Below, piece by piece: positions 38,911-49,600 of a stretch of 64,000 nucleotides of DNA (positions within the stretch are counted from its first letter, which is position 1; every line of letters begins with the position of its first letter). Source of the DNA: an uncultured delta proteobacterium. GTDB lineage: Bacteria; Myxococcota; Kuafuiibacteriia; Kuafuiibacteriales; Kuafuiibacteriaceae. The stretch lies in the NCBI GenBank assembly GCA_963803435.1, contig CAWDML010000001.1:2272001-2336000 (forward strand), given 5' to 3'. The notes below the pieces were generated by a model that ran no database searches, was not told the origin of the DNA, and worked only from the letters and a program-made list of their open reading frames with translations. The position numbers were made by a program, and so were the translations under genes.

Positions 38911-40857
38911 TTGGCCGACGATCGAGGCAAGCGTCCGAAGGTCTACGACGAGACCATGCAGGTCCGGATTCGCTCGAAGAACCCGATGATCGAGCGGAAG
39001 CCGAGCGAGCCGGCCCTGAGCGATCGCGGCGACAGCGAAGCCACGGTCGCCGCCACCGGACCCGAGATGAGGGTGGCCGCGCAGATGTCGGCCGACGGCA
39101 TGTCGCTGTACGAGCAGATCGAGCACACGGATCGCACCGACGAGATCGAGCGCGCCGCCCGGGAGCTGGCCGAGGCCACGCAGCGCGTGCGGCCGCGAGC
39201 GCCGATGGCGCTCGAGGACACCAAGTCGATGGTGGTGGAGGCGCCCAAGGTCGCCGAGCCCAAGAAGCCCAAGGCGCCCCGCCGGGAGGCGCCCAAGACT
39301 GCGCCCAAGAAGAAGCCGGAAGCGCGCGCGGAGGCCGTCCTCGATCCGGTGCCGCGCCGAAAGGGTGGGTTCATCGACGAGGAGGAGACGCTGATCGCAT
39401 CGGAGCCGCCCCAGCGCGTCGGCGATCTGGAGAAGGCGAACCAGCGCTTCACCGAGTCGGACGAGCACATCCCCACGTTGGTCCCCCATCCTTCGGAGCG
39501 GGCCCAGGCGGTGCTAGTGCGACGGAGCGTCCCCAAGCAGAAGGAGGAGGAGGAGGTCGGGATCGATCTGGGGGTGGTGCCGCGGCGATATCTGGGCGCC
39601 CCCGGGACCCAGGGGGCCGGGGCCGAGGTCCACCGGCAGCTGGTGGATCGCATCGAACGCGGGCTCCCCGAGGTCCGGGCTGCGCCGCTCAAGATCCTGC
39701 GCGCCGAGCTCTCCGCGGACCTGCTCCTGTCGCTGGACGAGATCCTGGCCGGCCAGCACGAGCAGCGCGCCACCGACGGATCTGTCTCTCCCAAGCGGGC
39801 GCTCGAGCACCTGATCAACGAGAAGAGCTACCAGTCGCTCGTGCCCCGCGAGCGCGCCCGGCTGCTGATGCCGATCGCGGAGGACCCGCGCGACATTTCC
39901 ACCATCAAGTCGGGCATCGCGATCCTCAAGACGCGCCTGGTCGAGCGACTCTCGGAGCACGTCCGCGGGAAGCTCCTCGATCTGTTCGGCACGCTCGACC
40001 CGGACGCCCGGGCCACGCTGGCCCAGCTGTCGGCGCGACAGCTTCGCGGGCGCTCGGTGCTCGAGGACCGGGACCCGCGCGACATCTCCCTGATCGAGCG
40101 GCTCAACCAGCTCGTCCACGGCGATCCCATCCCGGAGCTGCTCGAGACGCATGGCGTCCGGAGAGAGCGCATCGTGAAGCTCGTGCTGACGGCGCTCGCG
40201 AACCCGGCCAAGCTCTCCTTCGAGGAAGGATCTCCCGGCGTCATCAGCACGATCGAGTTCGCGCTCGCGGACGGGTCGCCCGCGGAGTACGCGCGCCTGT
40301 GGACGGAGATCGTGTCGCGCGCCTGCGCCGCCGAGCTGAGCGGCGGCGGCCGGCTGGAGCTCTCGGGTCGGGTGACGGCCAACGTCTCCTTCACGAACCA
40401 GATCACTCCGCTCCGGATCGCGCTCGATCAGCTGCCCGAGCTGGCCCACCCCCGGGCCCGGAAGCCGCACCCCGACTTCGTGATGCCGGGCGGCCACGGG
40501 ATCGACGCCGACGTCGTCTCGCGGGCGCTCGCCATCGTGTATGGGCCGGGCTTCACGGTGGCGGCGGGGCTCGACACGGCCATCCGCCACCTCGATCGCG
40601 TGGCGCGCGATCCCCACCGGACCCCGCCGGTGTTCGTGTCGCTGCTCTACGACCGCGGCGAGCGGCTCTTCGTCTTCGATCACTTCGAGGAGGGGTCCGT
40701 GTTCCTCCGGGCGCCCCACGGTCGCAGCACCAAGCGCGCCGGTGCGTTTCGCTCGGATCCGGTGCGCGCGGTGGTCGACCCGGACACCGGACTCGAGAGC
40801 ATTCCGAGGACCGACTTCGACGCGGCGGTCGGCGTCGCGCTCGTCCCGCGGACCTAG
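38911..40857 (+). CDS. Hypothetical cytoplasmic protein (disordered charged N-terminus, helical C-terminal region)
   Basis: 648-aa ORF with strong GC3 bias and no recognisable motif; start uncertain (TTG 38911 or ATG 38956). Confidence 0.75.
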   Translation: MADDRGKRPKVYDETMQVRIRSKNPMIERKPSEPALSDRGDSEATVAATGPEMRVAAQMSADGMSLYEQIEHTDRTDEIERAARELAEATQRVRPRAPMALEDTKSMVVEAPKVAEPKKPKAPRREAPKTAPKKKPEARAEAVLDPVPRRKGGFIDEEETLIASEPPQRVGDLEKANQRFTESDEHIPTLVPHPSERAQAVLVRRSVPKQKEEEEVGIDLGVVPRRYLGAPGTQGAGAEVHRQLVDRIERGLPEVRAAPLKILRAELSADLLLSLDEILAGQHEQRATDGSVSPKRALEHLINEKSYQSLVPRERARLLMPIAEDPRDISTIKSGIAILKTRLVERLSEHVRGKLLDLFGTLDPDARATLAQLSARQLRGRSVLEDRDPRDISLIERLNQLVHGDPIPELLETHGVRRERIVKLVLTALANPAKLSFEEGSPGVISTIEFALADGSPAEYARLWTEIVSRACAAELSGGGRLELSGRVTANVSFTNQITPLRIALDQLPELAHPRARKPHPDFVMPGGHGIDADVVSRALAIVYGPGFTVAAGLDTAIRHLDRVARDPHRTPPVFVSLLYDRGERLFVFDHFEEGSVFLRAPHGRSTKRAGAFRSDPVRAVVDPDTGLESIPRTDFDAAVGVALVPRT

Positions 40858-40863
40858 CTCGGC

Positions 40864-42336
40864 GTGCTGCTGCTGCTGCTGCTTCTACCTGCGCTCACAC
40901 CGCTGGTCTCGCCGCACCCTCCGTTTCAGGACTGGGCGGGACACCTGGCCGTGGCTGGAGCGCTGCTCCACCTCGGTGAGCCCGGCGCGGGCACCGATCA
41001 CTTCCTGATCCACCAGCGGACGCTCGGACCGAACGGCGCGCTCTATCCGGTCATCGCGGCACTCGCGCGGATCCTCCCGCCCACCTGGGCGGCCGGCCTC
41101 GTGCTGGCGGCCGTGCTCGGCTCGATCGGGCCAGCGTCGCTCCGGCTGTGCCGGGCGGCCGGCGCGGATCCACGGCTGGCGCTGCTGTCGCTCCCCGTCG
41201 CCTTCGCACGCCCGACCTACGCCGGCTTCATCCCGAACGTGGCCGCCACGTCGCTGCTGGTGGTGGTGCTGGCCGCCTATCTCGATCACCGCCGCACCGC
41301 CCTCCACCGGCACGTCGTTCTGCAGGTTGTCCTGCAATCGCTGCTCGCCCTCACCCACGCCTTCGTCGCGCTCGTCTCGATCGGACTGATCGGGCTCTGG
41401 GCGGCACTGGATCTGGCCAAGGCCCGTCGGACCGCGCTCTGGGGCGCCGCCGCCGCCGCCGCCGGTCTGCTGGTGCTCGGCGTGCTCTTCGCCGGCGGCG
41501 GCGCGCTGGGCGGAGCCGCCGCCGCGATCGTGTCCGGCGATCGCGCCGGCATGGCCAGCGATCTCTGGTCGTGGCTCGTCGGCTTCCGCGGCGGCACCCT
41601 CGCCGACGACCTGCTCCAGATCGCGTGGCTCGCACCCTTGGCCGCACTGATCGGCGCCAAGAGCAACTGGGACGCGCCCGCGCGACACCTCCTCTTCGCG
41701 CTGCTGGCCGTGGCCGTCGCCTTCGTCCTCATCCCCATGGACGTCGGCCCTCCCGTCAGCTGGTGGGGGGCCCGCGGCCGCCTCCCCGCCGTCGCGGTGC
41801 TGCTCGCCATCCCGCTGGTCCCAGCCGAGCGTCCCCGCGCGCTGTGGCTCGCGGTGACCGCCGCCGTCGCCATCACGATCTACTCGCTGGTCGAGCTCTG
41901 GGTATGGGAGCGGACGATCATGCCCGGCTTCGACGCGGTGCTGGCGGCGCTCCCCGAGGGCCGGGCCCTCTCCGTCCTCTGGTACGACGTCGACCCCAAT
42001 CGCCGCTTCCCCGGCGCGCCCCTCGGTCACGCCGGCGGCTGGTACGTCCTCGAGAAGGGCGGCGCCACCGCGCAGACGTTCTTCGAACCGGCGGGCGCGG
42101 GGACCGTCGCCGCTGCCGCCCTCCCGTTCGCCGTGCGGCGACCGGTGCCCGGCCCGCCCTGGGGCATGGCCGAGCTGTTCGACCCCGCCGCCCACACCGA
42201 GGGTGTCGACCTCTATCTGGTGCGCGGCCGCCCCGACGCCCCCGGCGCCCCGTTCTATGGAGCGTCCCGCAACGCGATCACGAAGCTCGCCGAGCACGGG
42301 GCATGGTCGGCCTGGACAACCCACGCATCGCGCTGA
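40864..42336 (+). CDS. Polytopic membrane protein, possible GT-C-type glycosyltransferase
   Basis: About 10 hydrophobic helices, first-loop motif PPFQDWAGH and a soluble C-terminal domain. Confidence 0.65.
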   Translation: MLLLLLLLPALTPLVSPHPPFQDWAGHLAVAGALLHLGEPGAGTDHFLIHQRTLGPNGALYPVIAALARILPPTWAAGLVLAAVLGSIGPASLRLCRAAGADPRLALLSLPVAFARPTYAGFIPNVAATSLLVVVLAAYLDHRRTALHRHVVLQVVLQSLLALTHAFVALVSIGLIGLWAALDLAKARRTALWGAAAAAAGLLVLGVLFAGGGALGGAAAAIVSGDRAGMASDLWSWLVGFRGGTLADDLLQIAWLAPLAALIGAKSNWDAPARHLLFALLAVAVAFVLIPMDVGPPVSWWGARGRLPAVAVLLAIPLVPAERPRALWLAVTAAVAITIYSLVELWVWERTIMPGFDAVLAALPEGRALSVLWYDVDPNRRFPGAPLGHAGGWYVLEKGGATAQTFFEPAGAGTVAAAALPFAVRRPVPGPPWGMAELFDPAAHTEGVDLYLVRGRPDAPGAPFYGASRNAITKLAEHGAWSAWTTHASR

Positions 42337-42356
42337 GCCGACCTCCCGCTCCTACG

Positions 42357-42417
42357 GCCGTCACCGTCACGGTCGACGCCCGACGGTGACGGACCACCGA
42401 TGACCGTGACCGTGCAC
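42357..42417. repeat. Degenerate hexamer/inverted repeat between convergent genes (possible bidirectional terminator)
   Basis: ccgtcaccgtc pairs with gacggtgacgg, and gtcacggtc pairs with gaccgtgac. Confidence 0.55.
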
Positions 42418-42438
42418 GCCGAGAGGGAATCGGGCCCA

Positions 42439-43377
42439 TCAGGTCGGCACCTCCACGCTCTCGAGCAGCGCCGTGATCACGTCGTCCGGCCGCGTGCCTC
42501 CGATCTCCGCGCTCGGCGTCAGCACCAGGCGGTGGCGAAGGACGGGGCGGGCCCAGCGCTTGATGTCGTCCGGGATCACGTACGTGCGCCCCGAGAGGGC
42601 CGCCTGGGCCTTGGCGGCGCGCAGCAGGTTGAGGCCTGCGCGCGGCGAGACGCCGACGGCCACCGAGAGGTGGTTGCGCGTCGATCGCACCACGCGCGTC
42701 GTGTAGTCGACGACCTGTGGGGTCACCTCAATCGTGGCGACCTGACGGCGATGGGCGCGGATGGTCTCGATCCCGGCGACCGCCTCGACCTTGCCCAGCT
42801 CCGCGTCGCGATCGTCGGCGTGGTGGCGGGTGAGGATCGCGCGCTCCGACGCCTCGTCCGGGTAGTCGAACACCAGCTTCATCATGAAGCGGTCGAGCTC
42901 GGCCTCGGGGAGCGGATACGTGCCCTCCTGCTCGATGGGGTTCTGGGTGGCGAACACGACGAACATGTCTTCGAGCGGGTACCGCTTCCCGTCGGCGGTG
43001 ACCGCGCGCTCCTGCATGGCCTCGAGCAGCGCGCTCTGGGTCTTCGCGGGCGCACGGTTGATCTCGTCCCCGAGGAGGAGGTGCGTGAAGATAGGGCCTG
43101 GCCGGAAGTGGAGCTCACCGTCGCGGAGGATGGTGGAACCGGTGACGTCGGACGGCATGAGATCGGGCGTGAACTGCACGCGCCCGAACTCGCAGGAGAG
43201 CGCGGCCGCCAGCGTGCGGACCAGGAGCGTCTTGGCCACGCCCGGCACGCCTTCGAGGAGCACGTGGCCCTCGGTGAGCAGCGCGACCAAGGCACCCTCG
43301 AGCGCCTCGCGCTGTCCGATGACCACCTGCTCGACCTGAGCGATGACCGCTGCGTACAGCTCGCGCACGCTCTCCAT
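42439..43377 (-). CDS. moxR: MoxR-family AAA+ ATPase
   Basis: GHVLLEGVPGVAKT, RVQFTPDLMPSD, DEINRAPAKTQSALLEAMQE and NPIEQEGTYPLPEAELDRF motifs. Confidence 0.96.
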   Translation of the reverse strand: MESVRELYAAVIAQVEQVVIGQREALEGALVALLTEGHVLLEGVPGVAKTLLVRTLAAALSCEFGRVQFTPDLMPSDVTGSTILRDGELHFRPGPIFTHLLLGDEINRAPAKTQSALLEAMQERAVTADGKRYPLEDMFVVFATQNPIEQEGTYPLPEAELDRFMMKLVFDYPDEASERAILTRHHADDRDAELGKVEAVAGIETIRAHRRQVATIEVTPQVVDYTTRVVRSTRNHLSVAVGVSPRAGLNLLRAAKAQAALSGRTYVIPDDIKRWARPVLRHRLVLTPSAEIGGTRPDDVITALLESVEVPT

Positions 43378-43392
43378 AGAGACGGCTGCCTA

Positions 43393-44761
43393 TCACCATT
43401 GGGCGTCGGCGGCGACCCGAAGCGCACGGAGCGCCTGCGCCCGCGCGATCAGAATCCTTCGCGCTCTCGACCGTGTCCGGATCCAGGAGCGCCGCCACCT
43501 CCGCTGGATCGCGCCCAAGCCGCCGGGCGATCAGCGGGACCAGCTGCGCGTCCGCGCCGGCCGGAACGGCAGAGCGCAGCCGGTGGCGGGACAGCGCGAT
43601 CAACCGCGCGGCCGCGCCGGGGACGTCGCTCGCCCGGAGGAAGAGCGATGCCATCGCGTCGATCACCTCGTCCCGCGATCGCCGCGGAGGGACCTCGAAT
43701 GGGACCACCGAGCGGTTGCGCCAGACGACCACCAGGATCCAGACCAGCAGCGTGACGCCGAGCTGCCACGCCAGCCAGCGGGCGCGCGTGTGGAGCGCCA
43801 GGTCGATCACCGACGACGCCTCGCGCCCGCCGTGGCTGAACTCCTCGAAGAGGACGACCCGGCTGCCGGCGGTCTCGGTCAACCGCTCGACGGCGCGCAC
43901 CGCCAGCCGCGCGTGGGCCGCCCGCGCGATCGCAGCGTTCTGGAACAGCCGCGGCTCGCTGAGGATCAGCAGCCGTCCGCCTCCGATCTCGAGCTCGATC
44001 AGCACGGGCCGCCCGCCCGCTGACAGGAGCACCCGATACGTCCGGCCCTCCTTCTTCGAGCGCCCCGGATCGGGCAGCCACACCCGGGGCCGGGTGATCG
44101 CGAGCGCCGCGCGCGGGCCGAGCTCCGGCGCCATCGCACCGTCGAGCGCCACCGTGCTGGTCCGCTGGGTCCTCAGCCGATCCTCGAGGAGCGGCACACC
44201 GGCCAGCGCGGTCAGGTCGCTCGAATCCCAGCTCTCGTCCGCCTCCTGCTGCGCCGCCTCGAAGGCGGCGATCGCCGGATCGAGATCCTCGGGCTCGGTC
44301 CCGGCCGCGACCGACCCGGTCTCCGCGAACGTGCGCCCGCGGATCGCCCTCGCCACCGCGATCGCGCGCCGGGCCTGCACGCCGAGCTCGCCCTGGTCGT
44401 CGTCGAGCTCGGCCGGGCGATCGGGATCGGGACCGAGCGTGACGAGCGCCGCGTGACCCCGCTCGATCCACGACAGCAAGCTCCGCGCGTACTCGCCCTG
44501 GTCGCGAAACAGGGAGGGTCCGGGCTCCAGCGCGATCAGCGACGACGGCTCTTCCGGCAGCGTCTCCAGGCCGCGCTCGAAGCGGCGCACCTCGTAGCCG
44601 AGCGCCTCGAAGAGGAGGAAGACCGCCTTGTGTCCGACGCGCGTGGTGGAGCGGCTGTTGCGACCGACCGGAGCCTTCGGTCCGATGATCAGCGCGCCCA
44701 GCAAGAGCGGTACCAGGACAATCGCGAGCACGGCGATCGTGTTGAGGATCGCGCGCCTCAT
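43393..44761 (-). CDS. DUF4350-like membrane-anchored protein; +1 frameshift near 43454
   Basis: GRLLILSEPRLFQNAAI and VVLFEEFSHG motifs. Removing one base gives KDLIARAQALRALRVAADAQW and a stop 15 bp before moxR, instead of reading into moxR. Confidence 0.82.
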
Positions 44762-45384
44762 CGGCTCGCTCCCAGCTCCCGCGCCTCGCGCCAGTCGTCC
44801 TGCGAGAGCGGAAGCCCCGCGTAGAGCCCCTCCTCGATCCGCTCCGCGAGGCGCCCCAAGCGTGCGTGGGATGACGACGAGCGCGCGAACTCGTCGACGA
44901 GCTCCCGATAGGTGTGCGCCCTCCGGAAGCGCCCGGCCTCGCGCAGGCTCTCGAGCGAGCCCTCCTGGAGCGCCTGCTCGATGATGTGCGCCCGGAAGAG
45001 CGCGCGAAGGGCGTCGAGATAGCGCTCGCCGGCCGCCAGCCGCTCGGCCTCGCGCCGCAGCGAGCGCGGGTCGCCCGTCAGCTCTGCGGGGATGCCGTCG
45101 ACGCCGGCGGCGTCACCGTACGCCCGCCGCGCCGCACCGCGGGCGCCGTACCAGACCGCGGTGGCGAGCACGAGCGTGCCCGCGATCAGGAGCAGCACGA
45201 AGACGCCCGGGTGGTTGGAGCGCAGCTCTCCGATGAAGGCGTCGACCGCCTGAAGGAGGGCGGTGGCCATCTCGGCGATCGCCTGCACCTCGGAACCTCC
45301 GCCGCGATCCAGGCCGCGAAACTCCTCGCGCTCGAGAATCGACCGGATCACCCGATCGACCTGCTCGCCCGAGAGGTGGCTCAT
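44758..45384 (-). CDS. DUF4129-like protein
   Basis: IRSILEREEF, a TM helix, AERLAAGERYLDALRALF and TYREL; canonical position in a MoxR operon. Confidence 0.8.
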   Translation of the reverse strand: MSHLSGEQVDRVIRSILEREEFRGLDRGGGSEVQAIAEMATALLQAVDAFIGELRSNHPGVFVLLLIAGTLVLATAVWYGARGAARRAYGDAAGVDGIPAELTGDPRSLRREAERLAAGERYLDALRALFRAHIIEQALQEGSLESLREAGRFRRAHTYRELVDEFARSSSSHARLGRLAERIEEGLYAGLPLSQDDWREARELGASR

Positions 45385-46337
45385 CGTTCGGCGGTGCGCT
45401 CGGCGAGGTGGGAGAGGTCGAAGGCCTCGGCCTCACATCGCGCGGTGAAGTAGAACAGGGTCCAGCAGATCGACGTGTAGATCTGCACGAAGATCCCGGC
45501 CACCTGGCTCAGGATCGTGCTCAACACCTGACCGCGGATGAACTGCGGCAGGAGCCGCCGGAGCTCGTCCGGATCGACACCTTCGAACCCGGGCGTCGGC
45601 AGGAAGGCGGTCAACACCGACGTGATCAACAGGTTGACCGCGATCAGGATCAGGAACAGCGCCAGCGCGCGCAGATACCGGCCGCGCATCAGCTCCACCG
45701 AGCGCAAGAGCGCTGCGCGCACGCCGGTGTGCTCGACCGCGAGCACCACCAGCGCCAGGCCGTACCGGAGGATCAGAAAGCAGGTGGCCAGCAGCGCCAG
45801 CACCCCCAGCGCCAGGCCGAACAACCCGCCCAGCGCGATGAGCAGGATCCCGCCCTGGGTGCTGGCCGCCAGCGCGACCGCGACCCCGACCCCGACGGAC
45901 AACGGCACCCCGACCGCCGCCAGGAAGACCAGCGTGAGCACCGCGCCCAGCCCGATCGCCGGCGCCGCCAGACGAAAGGCCTCGGCCAGGATGGTTCCGG
46001 TGGTCCACGGCCGGCTCAGGTAGCTGTCCGCCACGGCGCGCGAGGTCGCGACCATGACGATCGCCCCCGCGACGATCTGAAGCGCGACCACCGCGACGAC
46101 GAACAGCCCGAGCTGGACGCCCAACCGCTCGAGGTCGGGCATGCTGCTCTCCTCGACCATCCGCGTCAGCACGTCGCCGGCCGCCAGGATCCCGTACGCG
46201 AGCAGCCCGGTGGTCGGGACGTAGACGATCAGCTGGAAGAGAAGGAAGCGCGCGAAGCCGTGGCGAAACAGGCGAAAGCCCTCGTCCAGGACCTCGGCGA
46301 TCGACAGCGGCCGCACCCGGAAGCTCGGACCCGACAC
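45381..46337 (-). CDS. Integral membrane protein of MoxR-type operon
   Basis: RPLSIAEVLDEGFRLFR, ALLRSVELMRG and LFYFTARCEAEAFDL motifs; ~6 TMs. Confidence 0.85.
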   Translation of the reverse strand: MSGPSFRVRPLSIAEVLDEGFRLFRHGFARFLLFQLIVYVPTTGLLAYGILAAGDVLTRMVEESSMPDLERLGVQLGLFVVAVVALQIVAGAIVMVATSRAVADSYLSRPWTTGTILAEAFRLAAPAIGLGAVLTLVFLAAVGVPLSVGVGVAVALAASTQGGILLIALGGLFGLALGVLALLATCFLILRYGLALVVLAVEHTGVRAALLRSVELMRGRYLRALALFLILIAVNLLITSVLTAFLPTPGFEGVDPDELRRLLPQFIRGQVLSTILSQVAGIFVQIYTSICWTLFYFTARCEAEAFDLSHLAERTAER

Positions 46338-46347
46338 GGCGGCCCGA

Positions 46348-46677
46348 TCATAACCAAGACACGACGAAAGAGGTGAGGCCGTAGGCGACGAGCCCGAGGA
46401 GGACGGGGACCGTCACCCGCCGGCTGATGCGCGTCCCCAGCGCCACCCCGGCCGCGCTCCCCGACAGCAGCGCGAGCGCGACCCACACGAACCGATCTGC
46501 GCGGCACCAGGGACAGTCGGGCGGCCCGGCCACCTGGATGTTGCAGTGCGCGATCCCACCGGCCCAGATCGGGACGCACCCGCAGTCGAAGTAGAGGTTA
46601 CAGACGGAGTGGATCGACCCCGCCACCAGGGGGAGCACGATCGAGAGCGCGACCAGCGCCCGAGGCCACGCTCTCAC
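46348..46677 (-). CDS. Small Cys-rich membrane protein
   Basis: 3 TM helices and loop CNLYFDCGC..HCNI..CPWC. Confidence 0.65.
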   Translation of the reverse strand: MRAWPRALVALSIVLPLVAGSIHSVCNLYFDCGCVPIWAGGIAHCNIQVAGPPDCPWCRADRFVWVALALLSGSAAGVALGTRISRRVTVPVLLGLVAYGLTSFVVSWL

Positions 46678-46681
46678 GCGG

Positions 46682-49600
46682 TCACGGCAGACACTGCGTG
46701 CCGTACTGGACTTCGATGGTCGATCCCGGATCCGGGATCTGGTTCCCGTGGAACGTCAGCGTGTTCGAGGCCGCGTCGAAGGTCCAGCCGTTGGTGCCGT
46801 TCTGCGGCACCACCACGCCGTCGACCCGCACGCTGATCGTGCTCGGATCGGCGGGCCGCGACAGCGTCCAGGCCGTCCTCAGCGTGAAGACGTCGAGGCC
46901 GATGTTCATGAGCATCTGCGACCAGGAGGCGGTGCAGATCGACTCGAACTGTCCGTTGAGCTGGGCCGCGGCGTCGTGGTAGCGCTGGCCGGCCTCGGCG
47001 GTCGAGCAGCCGCTGGGCACGTCGCCGGCGATCGCGGAGACCGACACCAGCTGCGGGTTCGCGAATCCTTTGATGTTGCGGAAGAAGTCGACGTACAGGT
47101 TCACGGACCCCGGCGACTGATCCTCTTCGTCGCTGACCATGATCACGGCCAGCCGCGCGTCCGGACGGAGGAAGCCGGCGTTCTCGTTGTTGATGATCGG
47201 GACGTCGAGCGCGAGCCGCGCCGCCTGCAACCCGGCCTCCTGCTCGTCCGAACCGAGCGGATTTGGACGCGAGTTTCCGTTGGGCGGGTTGGTCACGTTG
47301 GCAGCGCAGTCGAACGCCTGGTTGCGGTTGGCGTCGCTGCTCTTGATGATCTTGTTGAACCCGTTGCAGCCCCAGATCTTCCCGGCCGGTGCGTCGTTGA
47401 TCTCGGTGGTGATGACGCCGATCTGATAGTCGACGCCGAGCGTGTCCGCGAACCCGATGAAGCTCGCGAAGTTCGTGCCGAGCAGGTTTTGCTCCTCGCT
47501 CATCGAGCTCGAGTCGTCGACCACCCAGAGGAGGTCGATCTTGTTGTCGACCAACTGCTGGAAGACATCGGTCTGGTTCGAGTTGGTGGTGGACGCACCG
47601 ACCAGCGGGACGGTCAGCGGAGCGCCCATGCCGCCGCCGTTGGTGACGTCGTTGTCGATGATCAGCAGCCCCTGGTGCTGCGACGGGCTGGCCCGCGAGG
47701 GGAAGAACCGCAGCTGGACCTCGACGTGGCTGCCCGGCTGCACGGTGATATTCTGGTAGGGCGCGTTGATCGGCGTGGTGCCGTTGGCGAGCACGGCGGC
47801 GATCAGGAAGACCGGATCCGACGTCGAGTCGATGTTGATCGACGTGATCGTCAGCGCGCCGGTGCCCGAATTATAGACGTTGACCACGCGCGGCACCGAG
47901 CCGCACGAGCTGCGATTGTCGGGAGGCTGCGGATTCTCCCAGGTGACCACACCGAAGTCGACGTCCTGCGGGATCACGTCGATCGTGGGGACGGTCGGTC
48001 GCGCCGAGATCGACAGCGACCAGTCGGGCTGGGCCAGCCCCTGTCCCGCCAGCGTGAAGTCGAGGTGGTTGAGGAGGCCGCCGTACAGACCGAGCGGGTT
48101 GGTAGCCCCCATCGTCGGCGCGAAGACGACGTCCATCTGCGCCGACTGTCCCGAGCTGAAAGTGATCGGCAGCGGGCGCGACGGCGTGACGCTGAACTGC
48201 GTCGCCGCCTGCGTCACCAGGTTGAAGCTCTGGAGGACGCAGTCGGTGTTGCCGACGTTGTCGACGCGCACGGACAGCGACTTGCTGTATCCGATGTTGA
48301 CCGCGCCGAACTCGAGCCGCCCGTCGCGCATGGTGATGGGGTTGTCGTTGCCCGACGGGATCACGTTGACCTCGCACACCGGCGTGCCGCCGCCCTGCGA
48401 GAGCAGCTCAATGTGGTTGGTGGCGCCGGGCCCCGGCTCGTCCGAGGTGACGTCGAAGGAGGACATGTACGCGACCACCGGGCCCGCGGGCGCTGCGAAG
48501 CGGACCTGCAGCGTGTAGTCGGCACCCGCCGCCACGGGGGTGGGGAGCGCCGGCTTGTTCAGGATCGTGAAGCTCGCGTCCGCCGGATCGCTGATCGCAG
48601 TGAGCGTGCATTCCTTGGTCCCGACGTTGGCGAGGATGACGTTGCGATCGGCCTGCGACCCGCCGGCGACGGTCCCAAAGTTGACGCTGGTCGGGATGGG
48701 CTGGAGATCGCAGGTGGCCGCCTGCCCGGTGAGCAGGATCCACGACTTCAACCCGGAGGGCGCCACCGTGAAGCGGAGCCCGCCGCGGTGCATGCCCGCC
48801 GATTGCGGGTTGTAGGTGATGACGCCCTCGGCGTACTGGCCCGGATCGAGCGTCCCCGGCGCGAAGGCCGTGGTGATCTGGAAGTCAGGCCCCGTGAAGA
48901 AGACGTTGTTCGGATCCGTCTCGAGCGTGGCCTCGCTGAGATCGACGGGCTCCGTACCGCAGGACTCGAGGCGGACCGTCTTCGAGACGCCGGCCCCGCC
49001 CACCTCCGCCAGACCGAAGTCGACCACCTGCACCGGGTTGCAGTCGGCGCCGTCGACGACGCAGGAGCAGATCGCGGGACCAGCGCCGCGACCGTTGATC
49101 GGAACCTCGACGTTTCCCGTGGAGGCGTCGCCCGAGACGATCGCGATCTTTCCGGTGTCGACGCCCCCGTCGATCGGCGCGTAGCTGAGGTTGATCGTGT
49201 ACGTCTCTCCCGGGCGCAGGACCATGCACTCCTGGACCAGCTGGCAGCTGGCGCCGGAGGGCAACTCGGTCACCTCGGGCGCGCAGAACTCGGCGGACTG
49301 CGACTCCAGGCGGATCGATCGGAGGTCGAGCTCTCCTTCGCCGGTGTTCTTGATCGTGACCTGCTCCATCCCGGTCTCACCGAGCGAGACGTCGCCGAAC
49401 TGAACGCCTGCGTCGGCGTTGCAACCCGTATTGCCGCAGACCTCGATCCGCCCGCGGCCTGCGGAGAGGCCGAAGTGGACCTCGTCGCGGTGGGGATCGT
49501 CGCTGAGGATCACCAGATCGACGAGATCGGGCTCGGCGTCCTGCGCCGCGTACGTCACCTTGATCAGGAGCCCGGCCGGTGCAGAAGGATCCGTGTTCGC

